A stretch of 64,000 bases of DNA from Cladosporium halotolerans. Lineage: Eukaryota. Location: positions 186,001 to 250,000 of the forward strand of contig NW_027191485.1 of the NCBI RefSeq assembly GCF_011745625.1. The letters are read 5' to 3'. The position numbers were made by a program, and so were the translations under genes. This document shows, piece by piece, positions 47,318 to 58,433 of this stretch. The first letter of the stretch is position 1. The number at the start of each line of letters is the position of its first letter. The notes beneath the pieces were generated by a model. That model was not told the DNA's origin, did not search any database, and saw nothing but the letters and a program-made list of their open reading frames with translations.

Positions 47318-48274
47318 TTACTCCCAAGCAAAAGGATCCCACTCGCCCAAATTGCCCTCCTGACCCTCATCCAACTTCTCGATAGCAGCCAAATCCTCCG
47401 CATCAAGCTCCCAGCCGAAAATCCCCATGTTCTCCTTCAACCGCGCCTCCCGATCCGTCTTCGGAATGATGCTCACGCCCATCTGCAAACACCACCGCAG
47501 CACAACCTGCGCCGGCGTCTTGCCCACTTTCTCCGCGATCCGCGCGATCGTCTCGTCGCCCAACCGCTTCCCCTGCGTCAGCGGCGAGTACGCCACCACC
47601 ACGATCCCCTTCTCGCGGCAGTACGCCCGGATCGCCCGCTGCTGGTTCCACGGATGCACCTCGATCTGGTTCACCGCGGGCATTGTGTCGACGCCCGGGC
47701 TCGCGGCCAGCATGTCGAAGTGCTTTGGCGCCCAGTTGCTGACGCCGATCGCGCGCACTTTGCCGGCTTTCTGCGCCTGCTGCAGACCCAGCCATGCGCC
47801 TAGGCGCGCCTCGGGGCCCGGGCGCGGGTTGTGCAGCAGGTAGAGGTCGAAGTACTCCAGTCCTGAGGTCGCGAGACTGCGCTCGAGGCCTGCGAGGGCG
47901 CCCGCCGCGGAGAACGTGGTGTGCCCTGCTTCGCGCGAGTTCAAGGGCCAAGGGCCTTTGGTGCACATCGCCTCGAAGTCGGCGGGCATGTCCGGGCGCG
48001 AGAAGTCAGTTTCCCACAGCTTGGAGGTCACGAAGATGTCCTCGCGCGAGACTTCGGGGTGCTGCGCCAGGAACTTGGCCACGGCCGACCCGGTCTCGCG
48101 CTCGTTGAAGTAGATCTGCGCGGTGTCGATGTGGCGGTAGCCGGCGGAGAGGGCGGCGATGACGGAGGCCTCGCAGTTGGAGGACATGACGCCGAGGCCG
48201 AGTAGGGGGATGCTGCCCTGCCCGGAGGGCAGAGGGAATTTGGAGTCCAGGGTGAGAGAGGTGGTGGCGGACAT
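47318..48274 (-). CDS. Aldo-keto reductase (AKR5-like)
   Basis: GYRHIDTAQIY, IFVTSKLW, DLYLLH, AIGVSNW, VNQIEVHP, AYSPL, IIPK. Confidence 0.92.
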   Translation of the reverse strand: MSATTSLTLDSKFPLPSGQGSIPLLGLGVMSSNCEASVIAALSAGYRHIDTAQIYFNERETGSAVAKFLAQHPEVSREDIFVTSKLWETDFSRPDMPADFEAMCTKGPWPLNSREAGHTTFSAAGALAGLERSLATSGLEYFDLYLLHNPRPGPEARLGAWLGLQQAQKAGKVRAIGVSNWAPKHFDMLAASPGVDTMPAVNQIEVHPWNQQRAIRAYCREKGIVVVAYSPLTQGKRLGDETIARIAEKVGKTPAQVVLRWCLQMGVSIIPKTDREARLKENMGIFGWELDAEDLAAIEKLDEGQEGNLGEWDPFAWE

Positions 48275-48658
48275 GGTGGGTGGTTGTATGGGATGGAGGT
48301 GAGGGATATTAGAGAGGGTTCAGGGGGGCAGCGAGGTTTATATTGTGTTCACACAGGTCCTGACTAACGGCCGTATGAGGATGTCATATGTGAAAGGTCT
48401 GGCCGGGCACTTGACTATTGTTCCCACGTCGCTCAACAAAAGGCGATGTCCCAGTCAGTCCACCGTGGAGTCTTTCGCATTTTAGCGTCTTGCCCCACAG
48501 CCACACCCACGTGGAGACATCGGGACACGCACGCCCCGCGCTTCGACCTTCCAGGCATTTGCTTAGTCTGGAAATTTGGGCATGTCACTGGAGAAAAATC
48601 TCGTGGCTGTTCGATTGACGAGATCTAATGTCGCCTAACGTTTATGTGAGTCATTAAC

Positions 48659-49947
48659 TCAAGCCTCATCCGCCAATGCCTCTCTCCTCGACCTCGACCT
48701 GGGGTCAAAGTAAGGCTTCTCTCCCAGTGAACACACGCGATCACCCGCTCTCGCCGCCCCATAGTCATACGTCGCACAGTGGCCGGTGGAACGGTTGTCC
48801 CAGATGGCCAGATCGTTCTTCCGCCACTTGAAGCGGACTTGCGCGTCGTGGTTTTGGGTCAAAAGCTGCTTTTTGTCAGCCGGGTCCTAGTTGTGGGAGG
48901 AGCCTATTTCTACTCACGTTGAAGAGATATTGCAGCAGCAAGTCTGATTCGTCTTTCGTGACGCCAAGAATACGACGCGTGAAGCCCTTGTTGACGAAGA
49001 CGCTCTTCCAGCCCGTCACGGCTACACGTAGATGTCAGTACTATCTCCACTGTAGTGGATGCTGCTATACTCACGGTTGGTGCGAATTACAGGATGGACA
49101 GCTTCGAGAGCAGAGCCGTGGTTCAATGGTGATCCTCTAGGTGTGGTTCGTAGAGGGTTACCAAGTCTCTCCGCTTCTTCGTGGAAGAACTTCGCATCGT
49201 GTCTGGCGCTGAGAGTCTCCAGGTAAGCGGCCATCGACGGCGACAGACGGTCGTAGACTTCATAGCCAGATGCCCAGAGCTGCGTTCGAGATATATCAGC
49301 AACAGCAACCCATATTTTTATACGGTTTCCCAGCCTGACTTACAGTATCACCACCGGTCTTGGGAAGAGTGTGAATCTTCAGCATCGCATAGTCCGAGGT
49401 CACGTTCTCGAACGTGATGTCGGAGTGCCATCCCACGCTGGCATATCGGCTTGTATCGCTGAGTTGGTGTGTAAGTCCGCCGCCCTTCTTTTGCTTCTCG
49501 GAACTGATCACGCTGATCTGGTCGCCCAGTTCGCTGCCTTCCTCCGTGAGAGGATGCACGTGGAGGGTGGATGAGTCCGGCTAGTATCCAACATGTCAGC
49601 AGGGTATCTTTCTAGACGATGGCCGGATATCGTACAGAGCCGGCTTGCTTGGTAATCTTCTCCATCAACTCGCGCATCTGCACGGGAGTCACATCTTGGT
49701 CGCGGAGGAACACAACGCCACGCTGTGAGATGGTGATGGCCAAATCGCGGATAAGGCTTTCATTGTTTGATGCTAAAATGTCGGCAATCTGAAGGCCCTC
49801 AAATTCGGTGCCGATGACAGGCGTCAGGTCGCTTTGGGTGTAGCAGTCTAGCAAGCCAGAGTACGCCAGTGGCTTGTCAAGCTTCGTGCGGGCGACTTCA
49901 AAGTCGACCCCGACAGGACCCTCGCTGACAGTAGTTGGAACAGGCAT
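48659..49947 (-). CDS. Alpha-ketoglutarate-dependent sulfonate/taurine dioxygenase (TauD/Jlp1-like), multi-exon
   Basis: LTPVIGTE, QRGVVF.R.Q, WHSDITFE, GGDT, HPVIRTN, WDNRST.H.A. Confidence 0.88.
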
Positions 49948-50647
49948 GATTTGTGCTGCGAGTCTCCAACAATATTTTGAAATGATCGCCGCGTACGTGT
50001 CTAGGAGAAAGAGGAATACTCTTCGGCTGACAGCAGCGATTTCGCAGCCACGCGGCCCAAGCCACGTTGGGCCTCGGGTTACATTTGCGAGTCATTACTA
50101 TCACCACGTGTAACAGACCACGACTTTGCATCAGGTAGCGAGAACTCTGATCCTCTGTTACAATGGTCGTGAGGGGTCGCTCGGTGGTTGCTCCTTGGCT
50201 AGACAGCCACGTCCCATCGGGCCCCACCCGAATGTGGGGTCAATGCCGAAGGATAGCCATCACGACATCCACGCTACGTGGATTAGCCACGCAGCAAGCG
50301 AGTATTCGCAATAATTCGCCCGGATGAGATCAGTCACGGGATGCTTGAGTGGTTGGCGGACAATATCAACCACGAACCGAGGCCGAGCTGGCAAATTGTT
50401 CAGGCACGGCCTGGAAGCGGGACGAAAGATGTTTGTGAAGTAATATAAGGACGGCAGCGGATCAGCGCTATTTTGCCTCTGTCGGACTCACTTTTCTTCT
50501 CGGATGACAAACAGTCCACCGCCGATCTGGAACTCTGTAGGCACGCTGGGCGCTTTGCTAGGGTAATAGCAGCCAATCCCGGTGCCAATTTCGGAGTGAA
50601 CGCCCTCCTACTGCTTCTCAGCTCTCGGTATCTTGGAAATTTAGTAG

Positions 50648-51000
50648 CGTGCTACCATCGCCTCTAAATCTTCAAGACTGGAGATTCCACTGAGAACTTG
50701 CATCCTACGAATCTCGATACCCAGGAAGCTTGGTGGCGTGCTACCATCGTCTCTGGACATTCAAGGACTGGGTTTTCCACTGAGAGTTTGCATCCCACAA
50801 GTCGCGGGAAGGCGGCCACTTAATAACGTGCTACCATCGCCCCTGAACATTGAGATAGGATTCCCTCTGAGAGCTTGATCCTGCGAGCTTCTGGATTGAC
50901 GCTCGCTTATAGCGTGCTACCATCGCCTCCCGACCCTCGAAATTGGATTTCTCCACGGAGAGCTTGCGTCTTTGACTGGCCACGGATTCGACGTTCTTCA
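50648..51000 (+). repeat. Four-copy degenerate tandem repeat, unit about 88 bp
   Basis: CGTGCTACCATCG at 50648, 50737, 50827, 50913, each followed by a related ..TCCACTGAGAG.TTGCATC segment. Confidence 0.85.
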
Positions 51001-51002
51001 TC

Positions 51003-52960
51003 ATGGATGCACCCGCTCCGGCACCAAAAGCCGAGCTCGTGCGGACCACGAGTATTGACAAAGACATTGCTGGTGAGGTCGGCCGCGATCACATCCCGCT
51101 CAAGCCCCACGAGTCATACGAAGGCGCTCACCGCTGGGATCCCGAGGCAACATGGACTCCGAAGGAAGAGGCACGCGTCGTCCTCAAGACTGACATCCGT
51201 TTGATGACGTGGCTTTGCCTCATGTTCTTTGGTTTGCAGCTGGACCGCGGGAATCTTAGCAACGCGCTCACTGACAACCTCCTTGACGACCTCGCCTTGG
51301 ACACCAACGACTATAACAATGGCACTACAATCCAACTTTTGGCCTTCCTCAGCGCTGAGTTCCCCGTACAATTATTGATAAAGCGGTTCGGTTTCAAGCA
51401 AGTTCTCCCCTTGCTCATGGTGATGTGGTCCACGGTCTCTTGGGCGCAAGCCTTCATGACTGGACGTACTGGCTTTTATATCACCCGCGCCCTGATCGGA
51501 GCATGCGAGGGCGGCTTCATACCGGGTACCATCTTGTTTGCCACCTACTTCTACACATCGAAAGAGCTGTCGGTCCGGTTGGCTGCATTTTGGTCGACTC
51601 TGAACATTGCCCGCGTCATCTCTTCGCTGCTTGCTGCCGGTATCCTTGAGATGCGGGGCATTGCCGGAAGACCGGGATGGTTCTGGTTGTTCCTTGTAAG
51701 TGATACAGGCGCAGTGCCCTATGTCGTTGGCTAATATCTCTTAGCTCGAGGGTCTCTTGACTTTCCTCATTGGCGCCATCAGCTACATCTACCTGCCGTA
51801 TAGCCCGACACGCACGAAGGGCGTGCTCTGGCGGAGGTCCTGGTACAACGAGGACGAAGAAGTGATCATGGTCAACCGCATCCTGCGAGACGACCCTGCG
51901 AAGGGCATCACTGCCTTGAAAGAGCCGGCTACATTCCGGGACGTTATAAACACTTGGAAAGACCCCTCCATGTGGGGCCTGTATTTCGTCGGTCTGGTGG
52001 CATACATCCCGGCTTCGCCAGTGCAAGCGTATTTGTCGCTCACGCTCAAGCGAATCGGCTTCAGCACTTTCGACAGTAATATGCTGTCGATCCCCTCGGC
52101 CGTGCTGCAGATCATCCTCATGCTGGCCCTAGCGTTCAGCAGCAACTACTTCATGGAGCGGACATTCCACTGCATTATTGGCGAGTTCTGGTGTCTGCCG
52201 CTTCTTATTGCGCTGCTCAAGCTTCCGGAGGGAGGACATGAATGGGGCCGCTTCACCATCACGACAATGATCTCAGGATGTGAGTGAAGCTCCCTTCTTG
52301 AGAGTGTTCTTGTAGCTAACGAATTGAACGCAGACCCGTATTTCCACCCCATCGTCTCCGCCTGGATCAGCGAGAATAGCTTCGACGTTAAGAAACGCGC
52401 CATAACCGCCGCGACGTACAACGTGATCGTTCAAGTGGGCTCAGTGATCTCGTCTCGTAAGTTCCATCTCATCAAAATTTCTTTCTCCATCGCGCCTGAC
52501 GCAGCTTTCCCGAAAGTTGGTGGTTGTGACTCTCTCGGGGCAGAATCCGCTTCTCAGTGGCATAAAAGCGATGATAGCACGCCATTTTGCCTTCTGAGCT
52601 CTGAGATGCCCAGAAGGGTCAAGACAGGCGTGGGCCACCTTGAATAGACACGGTGTCCTAACTACAATCTGATATGCCATATCTTTTCATAATGGCCAAT
52701 GATTGCTGACAATGTTTTCAGAGCTCTACCGCAAAGACGATCAGCCCTATTACTACCGCGGCAACAAAATCCTCATCTCGATCTGTGCGCTGTCGCTGGC
52801 GACTTTTGTCGCGCAGAGGGAGTACCTGCGCTGGCTTAACAGGCGGAAAGCGAAGGCCTGGGAAGCCATGAGCAGCGTGGACAAGGTCGCCTACCAAGCG
52901 GATCAGGAGGCAAGGGAAAAGGACGGCAACAAGAGGCTGGATTTCCGGTTCCAGTACTGA
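51003..52960 (+). CDS. MFS transporter, Dal5/Soa1-like (possible sulfonate transporter), 4 exons
   Basis: LQLDRGNLSNA, EGGFIPG, GWFWLFL, NRILRDDP.K, YYYRGNK, C-terminal RLDFRFQY; divergent from TauD. Long last intron 52457-52721. Confidence 0.85.
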
Positions 52961-52972
52961 GCGCATCGGCAT

Positions 52973-54010
52973 TCACACGCTGGTCTCATAGATTTCCCGC
53001 AGCAAGATATTGAACTTCGTCTCGACGTTGAGGAGTGTATCCGGAGTCAATTGTCTTAGGTATCTTTCGCGAGCGAGATTTCCCCAGGCGTGGTAGGCGA
53101 GCTGATTTGGAAACATGGCGCCCTGCCACTGGGATATGTTACTCTTAATCTCAGTCAACTCTGACGCGTCAACGGACAGAGGCCGGTGCATCGACTCTAT
53201 GTGCTCTCTACTCCATGTGGGCCAGAAAAACGCCGCAGGCGACAGCGTACAGATGGTGTCCGGGAACTCGTGAGCCAGCTGGGCGGGCACCATGACGGAA
53301 TGATGGTTCCACATTTGCGGCCTGTCGTCGAAGCTCTTCCGGTATGCCTCGAGCCATCTGGAAATGAAAGTACTCGCAGGCCGCGCCACGATCACGGCAT
53401 TGCCAAGACCGCTGCGGCTGCCGCCTTCGTATCCCATGAGAACATCCCGAGATGAGGTGAGCAGGGGAGAGAAAGACTGCAGGGCGTAGACGTCCGTGTC
53501 AAGGTAAATCCCGCCTCTCGAGTGCAGGACCTCAAGGCGTAGAATGTCCGTCTGGTGAGGTAGCCGAAGCTTGTGGATGACACCATCGGTGGTGATGAGC
53601 GTTTCACGTCGAGTGTGAATGACAAGCTCTACCCGGTGCTGGATGAGTTGCCACCATTCGTTCTCCTCATTCAACGCATACGTATGCACCTTGATACGCT
53701 CGGGTTGTATTCGTAGCAAAGCGGCTTTGATCGCAAGATACTGGTAGAATTCCAGCTCGGCCCCTCTGTCATGTTCCGCGATAAGAACAAAGTGTACCAC
53801 AAAAGGTATTTGTGACCACTTGTTCGTATTATTACCGCCTTGTTGGCAAGTGATTTCCTCAGGCGTATCAACAAAATCCCAGTCCAGGTACTCATGCTCA
53901 AGTCGAAGGATTTCGGTGGCGTGGTGGGAGCGCCGAATGAGAAGCGAGTATACCCCGAGGAACACGCATATTGCGGAAGCGAGTACGAAAACCTGCAGCC
54001 TCAGCCGCAT
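52973..54010 (-). CDS. Glycosyltransferase family 32 (DXD) type II membrane protein
   Basis: N-terminal TM, IPFVVHFV, DILRLEVL...GGIYLDTDV, NAVIVA, W..HSV. Confidence 0.85.
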   Translation of the reverse strand: MRLRLQVFVLASAICVFLGVYSLLIRRSHHATEILRLEHEYLDWDFVDTPEEITCQQGGNNTNKWSQIPFVVHFVLIAEHDRGAELEFYQYLAIKAALLRIQPERIKVHTYALNEENEWWQLIQHRVELVIHTRRETLITTDGVIHKLRLPHQTDILRLEVLHSRGGIYLDTDVYALQSFSPLLTSSRDVLMGYEGGSRSGLGNAVIVARPASTFISRWLEAYRKSFDDRPQMWNHHSVMVPAQLAHEFPDTICTLSPAAFFWPTWSREHIESMHRPLSVDASELTEIKSNISQWQGAMFPNQLAYHAWGNLARERYLRQLTPDTLLNVETKFNILLREIYETSV

Positions 54011-54236
54011 CGTCCCGCGTGGTGGAGAAGGACTGAAGGTGAGTGAACTATTGATGTTCTGAGTGTATCATGAAGTCTACACAAGATCCGGTGAGGTCGC
54101 TGCGGGTTGTTTGAAATCGACGGGCCGTTCCAATTCCACCACCGCGGCCCCGGGTCCGCCCCTTTACGCGTACGATGATGCAAACACTAGGAGTCCGTCC
54201 CGGGAGTGTATCAGATTGTCTAATTCCTACATCGCC

Positions 54237-55425
54237 CTATAGCCTCGCCAATGCCGCGCGATCTCCACCCCTAGGCAACAGACTGAATTGCTTCGACTGC
54301 CCCAAATGCTCTGGCAACATGCGGTCTCCCTCACGTGACCTCACGCCTTCGAGATCTTCGAGGCTGATTCCACGCGTCTCTTCCGCTGGGTTATATCCAA
54401 GCCGCTCTCTGCCATCGCGCAGGTGTCTCACTTCTTCGTGGCTTGGGGCTGCCTGACCCTCTGAGCGACAGAGGATGACCACGGTGGCTGATCCATCTGG
54501 GCCTTGAGTGTACTGCAAGGCATTCTGCAAGCGAGCGTGTGGCTCTTTCGTCCATCCTCGCAGTCGCCAAACTATTGGACATTGTCAGCCTGATGGCTCT
54601 CTGTACAAGGACTCGGAGCGCTCACCAAATCCACAAAGCCCAGCCATGCCCAATGCGCCGAGGTCTTTGAGCGGCTCCAAGGTAGTCGGCGACTGCTTGG
54701 CCGAATACTCAAATTCCTTGTTCGCAAGGAGCTCACGCCTCGCGCTTGGTGCCGAAAGTTGCCCTTGGATCTCGACTATCTGCAAGTCTTTGGCCTCTAT
54801 TCCTGCCTGTCTAAGAGCAGCCTGAACCGGGGCTCTTGCGTCCTTCGACATCGCGAGAGCGCAAGCCCGTATACGAGCCGCAGAATCCTTCAAGTAGGCG
54901 TGAGCGGTCAGGAAGAGGTCAGAAACAATGACCATGGCGACTACGGCTGGCTGGAGCTTGTTAGACTCTCTCGATTTCGAATAATCTCTCCCCAGTGGGA
55001 CCTGCTCAACTTACCAGCTTGGTACTTCTGGCACGATCTGAAGCCTTCTGTTTGGCAGGTCAGTTTGTGGTCCTGACAACAGGTGATGTAAACCATCTCA
55101 CCAAATCAATCCCAACTAGCAACACGCATTCTGCCTGCTGAGAACGCACGCATGATGCTGCCGTGAACAGCGCCGCGTGGTTCTCAACTTCCGTAACAGC
55201 AGCTTTCTGATTGCCAAACGTTCGGAAACAGCTCTTTGGAACGCGCAACTCAGGTTCACTAAATGTCGCTATGCTCAGGTCGATTTTCGCGTAAGTGATA
55301 CCGGCGTCCAAGAGTGCTTTGGTGCCTGCTGAAACGGCAAGGCTCTCAATGCTCGCATTCGATTCTGTCTCCGACAACGAGATTCCGACGCCGGCTATGT
55401 GCGCCGCTGCTTTGTTGGTAGACAT
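54237..55425 (-). CDS. Degenerate SCP-x-type thiolase-like protein with C-terminal ARL (PTS1), 4 exons
   Basis: IAGVG, AGTKALLDAGITY, CVLLVG, WRLRGW, LGYNPAEETRGI match SCP-x thiolases; canonical introns keep the frame open; catalytic motifs are altered. Confidence 0.7.
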
Positions 55426-56093
55426 AATAGAACTACAATCGCCGAGTGCTCCCATACAATGACTTGCTCAGATTTCTTCGAAGGGGAACGCTGGTCGATC
55501 GACCTCGTTTTTCGACGGAATTCTTCTGGACCCGGAAATCGCGTACGAAGCACCAATTGCTCAAAATCACGCGTCTTGCACCCGAATGCCGATCTGTGAC
55601 GATCATCTTCCGGGAGCTTGTCAACGCCATTCAAACACACACCGGAGTCCGGCCCTTTGATAACCCCAACCCCGCTTACCACCCCGCAAGATGGTCCCTG
55701 TCGCAGCTCCAGCTATAATTTAGAGTTATTTCCGCGACTCCACGGGGTACAAACCCTATCGTGACGTCGTCAAACATCCAGAACGTCGTCGTGTTGATCT
55801 GCGCGTGCCACCAATATTTGGCTCGCTTGCGAATGCCTCGATACGGTTTGCGAGCATAGACAGCGGGGTTGAATGGACGTCCGGATCGAAAGCATCCCAC
55901 ACCCGGTGCAGTCCACAGTCTCAGCCGATATGGCCATCAGATAGTCGACCACCACGGATTGTGTGAGGCTCGCTGGTCGAACACGCCATTCCATAGCAGA
56001 AAGCTGCTCCTACTCGGAAACCCCTAACGATCACCTGCTCGAAGGAATACCACCCGTGAAGCATTTCGACAATAACCCAGAGCGAGAACGACC

Positions 56094-57909
56094 ATGGCCT
56101 CCGAAATGGTGAAGAGCGAGGACGACCGTCCGCCGTCCATTTTGTACGGGCCGACTACACCTGTGCCGTTGCAGATGCCATTCGGCGACCTACTGGATTA
56201 TCATGTCGAAGTTCGCGGAGACCGACCTGCAGTGATCTCCCACCCGCAAGGTCTGACGCTCTCATGGCGGCAGCTGAGCGACAGAAGTATCAAGATGGCA
56301 AGCGCGCTGGCGAAAGATGGCGTTGGCAAGGGTAGCTTGGTCGCTATTTCGCTGGGAAGCAGGGCGGAATACTTCGAGACCTTTTTCGCATGCGCCAGGC
56401 TCGGGGCGGCGCTGGTGATGCTCAATTATGCCTACGCAGAATCAGAGATGCTGGCTCTGTTGAAGGTCGTCTGTGAGTAGGAACCTCTTTGCGAATGCGA
56501 CAGCTAGAACAATGGCTAACAGCGCAATAGCTCCCAAGGTCATGGTGGCATCGCCTGGCTTCACGTTCTACGACAACACGAAAGTCCTACCCAAGATCGC
56601 CGACCAGGTCCCCTCGATTGTCAAATTTGTGATTATGGACGACCTCGAAGGCAAATACAAACTCACCGCTCCACTCGCGCGACACATTCATTACGAGGAC
56701 TACTTGAGACCATACTCGCCGCTCGACAAGGCCGCATTACCAAAGGTCAAAGTCTCACCGCACGACATGGTCAACGTCCAATTCACCTCTGGCAGCACCG
56801 GCCTTCCGAAACCTGTCGCACTTTCGCACTACAACATCATGAACTGTGGGCGGAACATCTGGCAGCAAACAAGAATGACAGCCGATGACAAGATCTGTCT
56901 CCCTGTACCCCTCTTCCACTCTTTTGGCATGATCGTGGGCATCAGCAGTAGCACCGTCGCAGGATCTGCGCTCGTCTTGCCGCACGAGATATTCAACGTG
57001 AAGAAGACATTGGAGTGCATTCAAAGGTACAAGTGCACTGCCATATACGGCGTCCCGACCATGTTCATCACCGAAATGGCGGACAAGACGTTCAAGGATA
57101 CCGATCGCTCGACCATCAAATTTGGCATTATAGCAGGAGCTGCCATGCCGCCCGAGCTGCTCAAGCGCATCACTTCTGCTTTTCCGTTACCTCGACTATA
57201 CACTTGCTGGGGCATGACTGAGCTCAGCTCGTTCGCAACTATGATGCACGAGACGGACACTTTCGAGAAACGCACCACTACCGCAGGCAGGCTCTTCCCC
57301 AATTTTGTCGCGAAGGTTGTACAGCCCAATACCGGGAAGGTCGTGCCTTGGGGCGAGAAGGGAGAATTCGTCGTCAGTGGATACGGACAGATGTCTGAAT
57401 ACCTTCACCATAAGAAGAAGACAGATGAAGCATTGCGAAAACACGAAGAGGATTTGCTGCCCGGCGGCGTCGGCGCGCTCGACGACGGCGGTCTGAGAAC
57501 ATGGATGCACACCGGTGACGAGGGATTTTTCGATGCAGAGGGCTACTTCATCATCTCCGGCCGCATCAAGGACTTGGTGATCCGTGGCGGTGAAAACATT
57601 TCGCCCATGGAGATCGAAGACCGCTTGATCGAGCACGAAGCAATCATACAGGCCCAGATCATTGGCGTGCCTGACGATCGATACGGTGAAGAGCTCGGCG
57701 CTTTCCTCGAGCTAAAGGAAGGCAGTTCTCGTCCCAGCGACGACGAGCTGCGGGCCTTCGTGAGGGAAAAATTGGCGAGATTCAAAGCGCCACGATACCT
57801 CTGGTGGCTTGGTGATAAGGGCGGGAAAGTCCCCAATGAATGGCCAAAGACAGCGAGCGGCAAGGTCTCGAAGCCAGACTTGAGGAAACTGCTCAAGAGT
57901 CTGCTCTAG
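56094..57909 (+). CDS. Acyl-CoA synthetase / AMP-binding ligase (ACSF2-like), 2 exons
   Basis: QFTSGSTGLPK, PLFHSFG, WGMTE, WMHTGD, GRIKDLVIRGGENI, PKTASGKV. Confidence 0.92.
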
Positions 57910-58433
57910 ATAAGCGCAACAGACGAAATCTGCGATATACACTTGTTTCCCGATCCGTCTTGACATGTACACGCCAACAAAGCCACACCGCCGGGAACAA
58001 TGTGGTCGAACGCCCCTTGCCCAACATGTCTACAAGCTCAGATCGCGGGTCCCTGCCGTTGAAGCGGCTATCGTTTCCATACCTGTCAGAAGGGTTCATG
58101 CGGGGTTGAAAGCATATTTCCCCCATGAGGGTTACAACTTACCTCTGTCCCTCCGCAGATCGTCGGGGATAACCATCGTTTACCGAGCCCATGGCTCTGC
58201 ATGGCCACTCCCTCTGACCGAACGCCACTTACGTTCGCCACGAGGATGAACTGGCCCGACAGCACGTTCAGAGCTAGTTATTCCCAAGTTTCGACGCCAG
58301 TCCGAGACCGGCACAGCGAAAGCTCACCTCGGTGCAAGCTGAGGGAAAAGTCGCCTGTAGTACACTAACACTCGCCTCGTTGTGAGCGCTTCACACAGTC
58401 GTTCGCTGTCCACAGTATTGCGCCATCTTCATC

